The notes beneath the pieces are model-generated. The model was not told the DNA's origin and made no database searches. It saw only the letters and a program-made list of their open reading frames with translations. A program made the position numbers and the translations under genes. Below are positions 46,292-55,423 of a stretch of 64,000 nucleotides of DNA, in pieces (positions within the stretch are counted from its first letter, which is position 1; each line of letters starts with the position of its first letter). This DNA comes from Candidatus Thorarchaeota archaeon (lineage in GTDB: Archaea > Asgardarchaeota > Thorarchaeia > Thorarchaeales > Thorarchaeaceae), in the NCBI GenBank assembly GCA_048882045.1, contig JBHLRZ010000014.1, forward strand, positions 18,708-82,707, read 5' to 3'.

Positions 46292-46975
46292 TTATTTGAT
46301 TGCTAGAGCAACCTCGACTTGGTATTTGGCCACAGCGAGGAACTCGTCGATAGCTTGCTGCACAGCTCCAGGAATGACAGAAGTCCATGGTGCGTCTGAG
46401 TCTCGTGGAGTAGATTCTGTCATAGCTTCGAATGGAAGGAATTTTGGAGTGAATGAATCATCAAAAGATATAGTTCCAACCCATTGACCCTCGCTATCAA
46501 CAAACTCATAGGTGGGGAGGAACTTCTTCATGCCGTCAGGTATTATTGCATTCCAGTAAATGGACATACCATTGAACTGTCCAATATCTCCTAGTTTGAT
46601 GTTGTATGAATCAAGAGTTGCTTTTGCTGTGACAAGTTTGTATAGAATCCCAATACGACAGTTCAGACATTGATTGAATTCGATTCCATCACCACTTGGT
46701 TCCACATATGCGATACCATTCTTCTCTATGTTGTTGTCATTGCAATGAACACAGAGGTCCATACCCCATCTGACTTCCAAATGGTCACTGAAAGGCCCCT
46801 TGACGAACCTATCTGCTGCACCCTCAAAGGCGGATTTCACCGCAGCTACACCTTCATGATCCATCTTTGTCCAAATGACTTTCCACACCTCAAGAATGTC
46901 CTGCCAGAGAATGTTCATTATCATGTCAGCGAGCTTGTCCAGCGGTCGTTCTTCAAGGGCACTCATATCAAACAC
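46292..46975 (-). CDS. Hypothetical protein with two CxxC motifs
   Basis: CVHC and CLNC; no family recognised. Confidence 0.6.
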   Translation of the reverse strand: MFDMSALEERPLDKLADMIMNILWQDILEVWKVIWTKMDHEGVAAVKSAFEGAADRFVKGPFSDHLEVRWGMDLCVHCNDNNIEKNGIAYVEPSGDGIEFNQCLNCRIGILYKLVTAKATLDSYNIKLGDIGQFNGMSIYWNAIIPDGMKKFLPTYEFVDSEGQWVGTISFDDSFTPKFLPFEAMTESTPRDSDAPWTSVIPGAVQQAIDEFLAVAKYQVEVALAIK

Positions 46976-47049
46976 TACACAATCGATGAGTCAAATATCA
47001 ATTAAACATTGGTCGGACCTCCTGATGGTCAAATGGGATTAGCCCAAGG

Positions 47050-47277
47050 TTTTTAACTAGGACACGACGAGTAAGCGAAGAGCGAATAGGTGAGAAAAGG
47101 ATGGATTGCCAAATTCACTAACTCATGTGAAAATAACAGTAGTCCATTCTCTGAATACGAGCCTGCTGGATTTTTCAAAGAGTACTCAGAACTAAATGGG
47201 AGAAAACATCTTTCCCTATCGGTTGGTCGGAGTGCACATGTGAGTTACAGAGAACTTTGCAAGAGTTGGTGAGTGAA
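47050..47277 (+). promoter_or_regulatory. TATA-like box and long structured ileS leader containing a 6-codon uORF
   Basis: TTTTTAAC at 47050; AGGTGA + ATG GAT TGC CAA ATT CAC TAA (47101-47121); 47114-47124 complementary to the ileS SD region 47263-47273. Confidence 0.4.
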
Positions 47278-50200
47278 ATGTTCAAACCAGTACCCAGTCA
47301 AGTCGACTTCGTTGCCCAGGAAAAGGAAATACTCAAGTTTTGGGAAGATTCACAGACTTTTGAAAAACTTAGGAAACTAAGAGCAGAGGGACCAATATGG
47401 TCGTTTCTGGATGGTCCCATTACAGCCAACAATCCTATGGGCGTTCATCATGGTTGGGGACGAACCTACAAAGATCTATACCATCGTTTCAAAGCTATGC
47501 AGGGATATCACACACGTTACCAGAACGGATTCGACTGTCAGGGACTCTGGGTAGAAGTCAATGTGGAGAAAGACTTGGGCTTCAAGGGTAAGCTAGACAT
47601 CGAAAAGTTCGGATTGGAGAAGTTCATACTACTGTGCAAACAACGTGTCTTGAAGTATGCTTCCGTCCAGACTGAACAAAGTAAGAGATTAGGCTATTGG
47701 ATGGATTGGGACAACCTAGAAACCTTGCAAACTTTACATGATGCACTTGGTAAAGACCCACAAGAAGTGATGACAATAGACGGTGTCGAGGGACCAGTTA
47801 CAGGAACAGTAGAGCAACTCGTAGGAAAACTGGGTACTCCAGAGATCGGAGGTTCATACTTTACATTCTCGGAAGACAACAACTATACTATCTGGGCAAT
47901 GCTGAAGTCCTGTCATGATAGGGGATGGATATACAAGGGCAGAGATGTCATGCCATGGTGCGCCCGGTGTGGTACGGCAATAAGCCAGCACGAGATTGTT
48001 ACAGAAGGCTACAGAGAGTTGACACACGCGAGCATAACTCTGAAATTCCCGCTATTGAATCGTCCTGGAGAGAGCCTTCTTGTATGGACAACCACTCCAT
48101 GGACCTTGAGCAGTAACGTTGCAGCTGCTGTTGGTCCAGACCTCACCTATGTCAAAGTCCGTCAAGGTGATGAGATATTCTACCTGAGCCGTGGGACTCT
48201 CCATATGTTGAAAGACAAATACGAAGTGTTAGAGGAACTAGTTGGTTTTGACATGGATGGGTGGACCTATCAAGGTCCTTTTGATGAACTACCAGCTCAA
48301 AAGGAGAGTGGAGTAGTTGGAAAGCATAGAGTGATTCTCTGGGATGAAGTGGGGGAGGAAGAAGGTACAGGTATAGTACATGTCGCTCCTGGTTGCGGAG
48401 CTGAAGACTTCGAACTTTCTAAGGAATGGGATCTTGCTGTAATCGCACCCCTCACAGAGAATGGCATCTTCATAGAAGGTTTTGATTGGTTGACAGGGAT
48501 GCATGTGAACGATGTAGCTCAACTGATATTTGATGATTTGAAAAAGAAGGGAGTTCTTTACAAAGTAGAGGACTATACTCACAGATATCCGGTTTGTTGG
48601 AGATGCCAGGAGGAATTGGTATTTCGTCTTGTTGACGAGTGGTTCATCTCTATGGGAGAGAAACTAGACGTTCCCTATGAAGAGGTCACAGAGGAACAGA
48701 AAGAACGAAATCTGCGTTACCAGATCATGGAAGTCGTCATAAACGATACTAATTGGTATCCCTCCTTTGGAAAAGAAAGGGAGCTTGACTGGTTACGAAA
48801 TATGGATGACTGGATGATCTCAAAGAAGAGATATTGGGGACTTGCATTACCCATATGGGAATGCTCGAGCTGTGGCCATTTTGACATAGTTGGTAGTAGA
48901 GAAGAACTGAAGGAACGTGCAGTGTCGGGTTGGGACTCCTTCAAAGGTCATTCACCGCATCGACCATTTATCGATGAGGTGGAGTTAGAATGCGGTGAAT
49001 GCGGAAAACGAATGAAACGCATTCCAGATGTTGGTAATCCCTGGCTCGATGCTGGGATAGTAGCTCTGAGCACGATGAGGTACAACTCTGACAAAGAATA
49101 CTGGAACAAGTGGTTCCCTGCAGACCTCATAAGTGAGAGTTTTCCAGGCCAGTTTAGGAACTGGTTCTACAGTCTTCTTGCAATGAGTACAATCTTAGAG
49201 CGTAAAGCACCGTTCCGAGATGTGTTCACATATGCTACTTTGACAGCTGAGGATGGAAGACCGATGCATAAGTCATGGGGAAACATGGTAGAGTTCAATG
49301 ATGCTGCCGATACGATGGGAGTGGATGTCATGCGTTGGCTCTATTGTGCTCACAAACCTGAGAAAGACCTTGCTTTTGGATACCACAGAGCGGACGAAGT
49401 TCGGCGGCAATTTCTCATACCCCTATGGAATGTCTATTCCTTCTTTGTCACGTATGCACTTATCGATGGATGGGTTCCCAATGAGGAGAAACTGTCACTA
49501 AGCCTGCTGGACAAGTGGATACTATCGAGACTGAATGAGGTCACTCGTGAGGTTACGGAATATTTGGAATCTTATGAACCAAATATGGCAGTCGCTTCAA
49601 TGGATCGGTTCATTGACCATCTAAGTAACTGGTACCTACGAAGAAGTCGTCGACGGTTTTGGACAGAGGCTGGTGCTAGTTCGGAAGCAGATGCAGACAA
49701 GGCAGCGGCATATGACACATTATATCAAATACTGGTCACTCTCTCTCGTCTGATGGCACCCTTTGTACCATTCGTTTCTGAGGTGATGCATCAAAACCTC
49801 GTGAGGAGTTTTGACTCAAATGCACTAGAGAGTGTTCATCTTTGTGATTGGCCCAAGGTTGGTGATGTTGATGAAAAGCTCAACAATGAGATGGCTATTG
49901 TCCTTCGAGTGGTTTCGTTAGGGCATGCAGCGAGAAATCAGGCCAATATCAAACTTCGTCAACCACTTTCAGAAATAGCATTTGCAGTTGGTTTGGACAC
50001 AGAGCGTGAAGTTGTCATGCGCTATTCAGATTTGATAGGTGATGAACTGAATGTCAAGAGCGTTCGTTTACTGGATGTTGAAGCGGAAGTAATCAGTTAT
50101 CAGCTGAAACCACTACCAAAGCAATTGGGACAAAAATATGGATCACGATTCCCTGTTGTTCGAGATGCAATACTGAACTTAGACGCACGGGCTGCAGCAG

Positions 50201-50631
50201 GTCAACTCCAGTCGGGCAAATCTGTAGAGGTGACAGTCGATGGAGAAAAGGTCGAGATATTACCTGAAGAGGTCGAGGTGATTGTAGAAGCAAAAGAAGG
50301 ATTCTCAACAGCTTCTGATGGTTCATATCTAGGGGCTCTAACTACAGAACTGACACACGAGTTGAAACTAGAGGGATTGGCTCGCGAATTTGTGAGGCGA
50401 GTTCAGAACCTACGCAAGTCCGCTGATCTAAAAGTCAACGAGAAGATAGAGGTTCAGTATTCCTCGAGTACACTAATGGGTGAAGCAGTCGAGGTTCATA
50501 CAGGGTATATCTCAGATGAAACTTTGGCTGTGTCCTTGGAACAATCGAAAAAGCCCTCAGGGAAATTCCAAGAGAAATACACCTTTGGTGAAGAAACACT
50601 TGTAGTAGCAGTATCTCCTAGTGAGAGTTAA
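47278..50631 (+). CDS. ileS: Isoleucine--tRNA ligase (type 2-like, variant GVHH/PMHKS motifs)
   Basis: DGP.TAN, GFDCQGL, WTTTPWTL.SN, GTGIVH.APG.G.ED, DW.ISKKRYWG, PMHKSWGN, LSNWYLRRSRRRFW, EG.ARE.VRRVQ.LRK. Confidence 0.95.
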   Translation: MFKPVPSQVDFVAQEKEILKFWEDSQTFEKLRKLRAEGPIWSFLDGPITANNPMGVHHGWGRTYKDLYHRFKAMQGYHTRYQNGFDCQGLWVEVNVEKDLGFKGKLDIEKFGLEKFILLCKQRVLKYASVQTEQSKRLGYWMDWDNLETLQTLHDALGKDPQEVMTIDGVEGPVTGTVEQLVGKLGTPEIGGSYFTFSEDNNYTIWAMLKSCHDRGWIYKGRDVMPWCARCGTAISQHEIVTEGYRELTHASITLKFPLLNRPGESLLVWTTTPWTLSSNVAAAVGPDLTYVKVRQGDEIFYLSRGTLHMLKDKYEVLEELVGFDMDGWTYQGPFDELPAQKESGVVGKHRVILWDEVGEEEGTGIVHVAPGCGAEDFELSKEWDLAVIAPLTENGIFIEGFDWLTGMHVNDVAQLIFDDLKKKGVLYKVEDYTHRYPVCWRCQEELVFRLVDEWFISMGEKLDVPYEEVTEEQKERNLRYQIMEVVINDTNWYPSFGKERELDWLRNMDDWMISKKRYWGLALPIWECSSCGHFDIVGSREELKERAVSGWDSFKGHSPHRPFIDEVELECGECGKRMKRIPDVGNPWLDAGIVALSTMRYNSDKEYWNKWFPADLISESFPGQFRNWFYSLLAMSTILERKAPFRDVFTYATLTAEDGRPMHKSWGNMVEFNDAADTMGVDVMRWLYCAHKPEKDLAFGYHRADEVRRQFLIPLWNVYSFFVTYALIDGWVPNEEKLSLSLLDKWILSRLNEVTREVTEYLESYEPNMAVASMDRFIDHLSNWYLRRSRRRFWTEAGASSEADADKAAAYDTLYQILVTLSRLMAPFVPFVSEVMHQNLVRSFDSNALESVHLCDWPKVGDVDEKLNNEMAIVLRVVSLGHAARNQANIKLRQPLSEIAFAVGLDTEREVVMRYSDLIGDELNVKSVRLLDVEAEVISYQLKPLPKQLGQKYGSRFPVVRDAILNLDARAAAGQLQSGKSVEVTVDGEKVEILPEEVEVIVEAKEGFSTASDGSYLGALTTELTHELKLEGLAREFVRRVQNLRKSADLKVNEKIEVQYSSSTLMGEAVEVHTGYISDETLAVSLEQSKKPSGKFQEKYTFGEETLVVAVSPSES

Positions 50632-50656
50632 GATTTCAACGAGTTTCTTTAACTGG

Positions 50657-52009
50657 TCACGGCAAACTTGGTTTCCTGATTAATACATCCAGGAGTGTGT
50701 GAAAGGCTTCTGCATTGTCTATCAAAGACCGAATGGAAACCCACTCATTTGGACCATGGACATTGTCACCAATAGGACCAAAATCAAAGAGCTCGACACC
50801 TTCAGGCGCGAAGTATCTGGAATCAGAACCACCAAAGCCCTCCATAATACGATAAGGAATGCCTTCTTTCTCAAGTGCCCACCTGAAGGCTCGGATAAGG
50901 TGTGAGTCTGGATCACAGTTAACAAAGCCAATTCCAGCATGGACCTTCAATGAAAAGTAGTCCACTCTCGCCTTTAGTGAATCTTGAAAGGCTGCGTCCA
51001 CAGCTTCGCCATCATTGGTCATCGCACGGACATCTAAGTAGAGCCTCCACAAGTCACCTTCCTTGGACAATATGTTAGGGCAGATATTTGTCCCCTTATC
51101 TGATGGTTCGGTGTGGAACTTTGTCATTGACAATGCGAGAATGGCTCGCATCAAGTCGGTAAGGTTTGAATCATATGAAAATTCAGCACCCTTTGGATCA
51201 GGATGAATTACATCCATCTCAACATAATCAGGAACGACATTGCTCTTAAGAAAGGGTCCACGAACATCTTGGACTACAGCTTGAGAGTTAAGGTCGAGGT
51301 ATTTTGAGGCAGCAATCATCGCATGGCGATCTACTCCAAACCGCATGTATGCACTGTGTCTTGACTCTGTGCCAAATGTTTCCGTGTCGATCTTGATGGT
51401 CTTCTTTCGACCTTTCATCCTCTCCGTGCGTTCTTTCACATGAATGATTGTGGGTAACATGTTCCTTCTGCGGTGGATTATGTCTTGCCCATTCCCATCA
51501 GCAACAACCACAAAGTCGGGAAAGAGACCATGCTTGAGTAGATGTTCTTTCAACACTCCTGCACCTCTGCGTCCCCCAATCTCCTCATCACCAGTTACCG
51601 CAATCATCACAGTACAGGGCAGATCAGATTCAACCAGTTTCTCCGCCATAAGAAGAAGTGAAACGATGTTTCCTTTGTCATCACATGTACCCCTTCCATA
51701 CGCCCTGTCTCCATCAACTGTCAGCTTCAAAGGGTCAGTCTTCCACTTATCTCGATCAAAGGGTACTACATCGAAATGGGCGATGAAGAGGATTTTGAAT
51801 CCCCCATGACCCCAGCGACCAAATGCTGTCGTGTATCCGTCTTCTTCAATAATCTCAGTATGGAATCCTAAAATGGCGAGAGTGGAGTTGATGTATTCGG
51901 GACAAAGACGAGTGGCTTTCATATCCTCTGTGTTTCTGGTGTCAAAGGCTACAAGAGTTTCCAAGAGTTCTATAGGATCTAGTGTCATCTCACTCACAGA
52001 ATCACTCAT
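50657..52009 (-). CDS. M20-family metallopeptidase/deacylase (DapE/ArgE-like)
   Basis: AHFDVVP, YGRGTCDDKG, DEEIGG, GGSDSR, VHGPNE; start 52009 or 51988. Confidence 0.9.
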   Translation of the reverse strand: MSDSVSEMTLDPIELLETLVAFDTRNTEDMKATRLCPEYINSTLAILGFHTEIIEEDGYTTAFGRWGHGGFKILFIAHFDVVPFDRDKWKTDPLKLTVDGDRAYGRGTCDDKGNIVSLLLMAEKLVESDLPCTVMIAVTGDEEIGGRRGAGVLKEHLLKHGLFPDFVVVADGNGQDIIHRRRNMLPTIIHVKERTERMKGRKKTIKIDTETFGTESRHSAYMRFGVDRHAMIAASKYLDLNSQAVVQDVRGPFLKSNVVPDYVEMDVIHPDPKGAEFSYDSNLTDLMRAILALSMTKFHTEPSDKGTNICPNILSKEGDLWRLYLDVRAMTNDGEAVDAAFQDSLKARVDYFSLKVHAGIGFVNCDPDSHLIRAFRWALEKEGIPYRIMEGFGGSDSRYFAPEGVELFDFGPIGDNVHGPNEWVSIRSLIDNAEAFHTLLDVLIRKPSLP

Positions 52010-52041
52010 ACGAAGTGAGTCAAAAGTATATCCACTAATGT

Positions 52042-52089
52042 GAAAAGACAAAGAAAACGTAGAGCAAGGGACAGTGGAGCTGCCCCTTG
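52042..52089 (-). terminator. Hairpin + T-tract terminator candidate of the EF-2 gene
   Basis: Minus strand CAAGGGGCAG-CTCCA-CTGTCCCTTG, then GTTTTCTTTGTCTTTTC. Confidence 0.55.
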
Positions 52090-52104
52090 TACTTAAGAAA
52101 CAGA

Positions 52105-54318
52105 CTAGGTTCGCTTGTAGACCCATCTACTCCATGAACTAAGACTTGGTAGCTCTTCTGGCATGTTCTTCCTTTTCCGTATCTCCAGGATGATTTCCTC
52201 CTGCAAGTTGCCCGGCAGAGGGTCAAATCCTTTGAACTCGTAACCGAAGAAACTGCGTCCAGCTGTAGCACTCCTGAACTCATCAGCGATACCGATGGTT
52301 TCTGCTGTGGGTAGTGTACCCTTAACAGCGACTACATCTTCCTCACCCTCGATTGTGACAATCTGACCTCTGTGACTAGTCAGTACCTTGATGACTGCAC
52401 CCTGTGTATCAGGTGGTGTCTTTATGTCAGTATTGAGGATTGGTTCGTACAGACCTGGTTTACCTGTAAGAAAGCCCATGTTCAGACCTGAGCTGACCAT
52501 CGTTGCTACTTCGTTGTATCCAGTGTGGGCAGGATCAGTGTGCACTGTTGCATCTGTGAGAACAACCTTGACTCCCATCACGGGTTCCTTTGCAATTGGA
52601 CCACCTTCAATGAATTCTCTGAATGTAGACTGAAGATAGGAGAAGATTCGATCGAACCTCTGAACACCACTCATAGCATCAACTAGCATTGATGACTCGT
52701 AGATGTCGAGTATCTTGCGAGCTTCCTTTGCATCCCAACCAGCCTCATCTCGAAGGATCTGTGCACGCTCCCTTGCTGGCATGTCAGCTGTAATCCTCTT
52801 CTTTCGGATGAGTTCGACAGTCTTCTCATCGAGTGGTTCTAGATACATCCGAATCCTGTTGTGACCGTTTGGTGACTTGGTGTGGAATTCGTCACCACGG
52901 TCTGTCATCTTCTCACGATAGACGATGATTGGTTCTGAAACCTTGATCTTGACCTGTTCATTGATTCGCTTGGTCAGAATCTCGATTTGCAGTGGATCAA
53001 TACCATCGAGGCGGTACTCACTAGACTCCTTGTCATGGAAGAATCTCGCTGTCGGGTCAGCCATGATCCACTTGGATACTACTTCACCAAGTTTAGCAAT
53101 TTCCTGTGGGTCGATTGGTTTGATACTTCGGCTCACAACTGGTTCACTGACATATTCGATAGCCTCGAAGCCCTTCATCTCTGAACCAGGAGCGACAAAC
53201 GTTTCACCACTAGGACACATGAATCCAAATACTGAGAACAGATTGCCAGCTGGCACCTGATCCATATCCAAGATATCAGTAATCTCTTGGACTCCTAGAC
53301 GCTTCACCTTCGCATTCTGACGCATATTTACAAGCTGAATCTCTTGTCCAGATTTTATTGTTCCAGAGAAGATACGACCAATTAGAGTTGGGCGTTTGGA
53401 TTTTGGATCTATGAATATTTTGCAAATCATTCCGCAGAGAGGACCATTTCTATCAACATTCACCAATGCCTTGCCTTCGGGACTATCCAGGTCGCCTTTC
53501 CAGATTCGAGGAATCTTGTACTGCTGGGCATCCTTCGGGTTTGGTAGATGCTTTACAATCATCTCAAGTAAAGCATCATCGAGTGGCAAGTTCTCCCTAA
53601 GCCATTTCTCATCGCCCTCGTTGTACTTCTCGAATACAACATTGGGCTTGATTCCCTTCTTCTCGAGGGTCTTCATTGTGAATGCCCAACCAGTCTTTGC
53701 ACTACCGATTGCAACACTACCATCCTCAAAGCGTACTCTCCACTCGGAAGCGTACTCCTTTGGTGCAACCTTCTTGATAAGCTGGTTCACCTTGGCGACA
53801 ATGACGTCGATTCGCTCGTACACCTTTGCTGGAGGGAGCTTTAGCTCGTTGATGAGTCGGTCGACCTTGTTGATGAACAGGACTGGTTTACATGCCTCTC
53901 CACCGACTGCCAAGCGGATGTTTGTTTCAGTCTGGGTCATGACGCCTTCGAGTGCGTCAACAAGAATGACTGCACCATCGCTAGCACGTAGTGCTCGAGA
54001 AACCTCACCTGTGAATGACAAGTGTCCTGGTGTGTCTGAGAGCTGGACAAGATATTCCTCACCTTCAATTTCGAAGTTGAGTAGCACAACGGAAGTGAAG
54101 ATAGTGATACCTCGCTCCTGCTCTTCTTCATCGGAGTCAGTCATCAGTGCCTGTCCTGCTGCAGCATCAGACATCAGACCAGCGCGACGCATCAGATAGT
54201 CTGTGGTCGTTGTCTTACCGTGATCGATGTGAGCACTGATAGAGATGATTCTCTTGTGTTCATAATCGTCTGAAAGGATGAGCCTCTTGATCGCATCAGG
54301 CTCTTTGATCTTAACCAT
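52105..54318 (-). CDS. Translation elongation factor EF-2 family protein (full length, HTG in place of HRG)
   Basis: AHIDHGKTT, ERGITI, DTPGH, NKVD, SPNGHNR, HTDPAHTG, RSATAGR; not in an rps12-rps7 operon. Confidence 0.93.
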   Translation of the reverse strand: MVKIKEPDAIKRLILSDDYEHKRIISISAHIDHGKTTTTDYLMRRAGLMSDAAAGQALMTDSDEEEQERGITIFTSVVLLNFEIEGEEYLVQLSDTPGHLSFTGEVSRALRASDGAVILVDALEGVMTQTETNIRLAVGGEACKPVLFINKVDRLINELKLPPAKVYERIDVIVAKVNQLIKKVAPKEYASEWRVRFEDGSVAIGSAKTGWAFTMKTLEKKGIKPNVVFEKYNEGDEKWLRENLPLDDALLEMIVKHLPNPKDAQQYKIPRIWKGDLDSPEGKALVNVDRNGPLCGMICKIFIDPKSKRPTLIGRIFSGTIKSGQEIQLVNMRQNAKVKRLGVQEITDILDMDQVPAGNLFSVFGFMCPSGETFVAPGSEMKGFEAIEYVSEPVVSRSIKPIDPQEIAKLGEVVSKWIMADPTARFFHDKESSEYRLDGIDPLQIEILTKRINEQVKIKVSEPIIVYREKMTDRGDEFHTKSPNGHNRIRMYLEPLDEKTVELIRKKRITADMPARERAQILRDEAGWDAKEARKILDIYESSMLVDAMSGVQRFDRIFSYLQSTFREFIEGGPIAKEPVMGVKVVLTDATVHTDPAHTGYNEVATMVSSGLNMGFLTGKPGLYEPILNTDIKTPPDTQGAVIKVLTSHRGQIVTIEGEEDVVAVKGTLPTAETIGIADEFRSATAGRSFFGYEFKGFDPLPGNLQEEIILEIRKRKNMPEELPSLSSWSRWVYKRT

Positions 54319-54467
54319 CAGGTTGTCTCCTTGTTACTATTGATTGTCCCCTCGTGTTTAGCTAAGATAGCATCTCCCCAACTGTAATGATCACACGAGA
54401 GAACTCGTCGGGGGCACCGGAAGCCTTACCGGTGACTTGCGCGACCTCGCGCTTGGATTATTAAAAG
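54319..54467 (-). promoter_or_regulatory. TATA-like box and structured 5' leader of the EF-2 gene
   Basis: TTTTAATAA on minus at about 54458-54466; hairpins CACCGG/CCGGTG 54415-54434, GCGCG/CGCGC 54439-54452, ACGAG/CTCGT 54395-54408; GGAG SD at 54327-54330. Confidence 0.4.
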
Positions 54468-54474
54468 TATTTCG

Positions 54475-54885
54475 TCATGGACTCTCCTTTCGAAGGAATA
54501 CTATAACAAGAATCGGGAGGACAATAAGGAGAATCAGAATCAGCAGGGATGGAGTAGGGGAAAAACTAGTTGACACGAAAGTGACATGCTGAGTTGATTG
54601 AGCAAACATATAGAGTGAGAGTGCGACATGAAACGAAGCCCATCGCTCAAGCCACTTCTTCTTGACTGTGATTGTGTAATGTGCATAGGACAACCAAAGA
54701 CCGATCAAACCTAACGTGAGGTAGATGAGTGGTTCAAATCGAACACCACTAAAGGGGGTTCTAGGCTGTGTAACAACATAGATGTAACCTATCACACCGA
54801 CGATTAGGAAAACAACTGCATGTAATAGCAACCATGCCACAGTATACTTCCTTTCTGGATAATCATCCAAATTTCTAGAGCACAT
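54475..54885 (-). CDS. Small 4-TM membrane protein
   Basis: Four hydrophobic segments; paralogous to the adjacent ORF. Confidence 0.6.
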   Translation of the reverse strand: MCSRNLDDYPERKYTVAWLLLHAVVFLIVGVIGYIYVVTQPRTPFSGVRFEPLIYLTLGLIGLWLSYAHYTITVKKKWLERWASFHVALSLYMFAQSTQHVTFVSTSFSPTPSLLILILLIVLPILVIVFLRKESP

Positions 54886-54907
54886 GTTATGGACTCTCCA
54901 TTCGAAG
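54477..54907. repeat. 19-bp direct repeat (1 mismatch) bracketing a membrane-protein gene
   Basis: ATGGACTCTCCTTTCGAAG 54477-54495 and ATGGACTCTCCATTCGAAG 54889-54907. Confidence 0.7.
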
Positions 54908-54932
54908 TGTGAAAGATCCTGCAGTGCACCTC

Positions 54933-55409
54933 TTATGGGGGTTCTTCTTTGAGCCACCAGAATTCTCCAATTGTACCACCTCGATGTTCGTATGATCTCT
55001 CCCAATTAGCCAGAATGATGATGAGTGCAGGGGGAATGAGTAGTATCAGTATTGGGAGGAGATATGCTAGAAAGACGCTTTGATAGGACAGAGTTGTTAG
55101 TGCTGCAGAAATGAGTGCTGTGATTTGAAGCAGTAAAATCGACACATGGATAACCCCCCATATAATCAGGGTATTTGTCCTTAGTGTTGTAGCATAGTGC
55201 GCCATGGCAATCACTAGTGCAACGATACCAAGTCCTCCATGGAGAAGCGATACTCCTAGGGATATTATGCCATTGAATGTAGATTCTCCATATCTTAGAG
55301 ATTCAAGGTAAGCGAGATAGGAAAATTCTAGATGGACAAGCATATGGAAGAGAAAGGCACTAGCAGTGAATTTCTTCACTGGATTATGTAGCTCCTTCAT
55401 GAAGCACAC
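54933..55409 (-). CDS. Small 4-TM membrane protein
   Basis: Four hydrophobic segments; K[YF]T..H, AHY, W...HV and LILLI shared with its neighbour. Confidence 0.6.
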   Translation of the reverse strand: MCFMKELHNPVKKFTASAFLFHMLVHLEFSYLAYLESLRYGESTFNGIISLGVSLLHGGLGIVALVIAMAHYATTLRTNTLIIWGVIHVSILLLQITALISAALTTLSYQSVFLAYLLPILILLIPPALIIILANWERSYEHRGGTIGEFWWLKEEPP

Positions 55410-55423
55410 TTCTTCCTATTCAT

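Noticed and set aside
47100-47277. T-box riboswitch upstream of ileS
   Set aside because: No GGTGGNACC T-box consensus or recognisable specifier stem
53396-54199. 267-aa plus-strand ORF (and the similar 225-aa ORF at 3326-4003)
   Set aside because: Antisense shadows of EF-2 genes with no recognisable motifs
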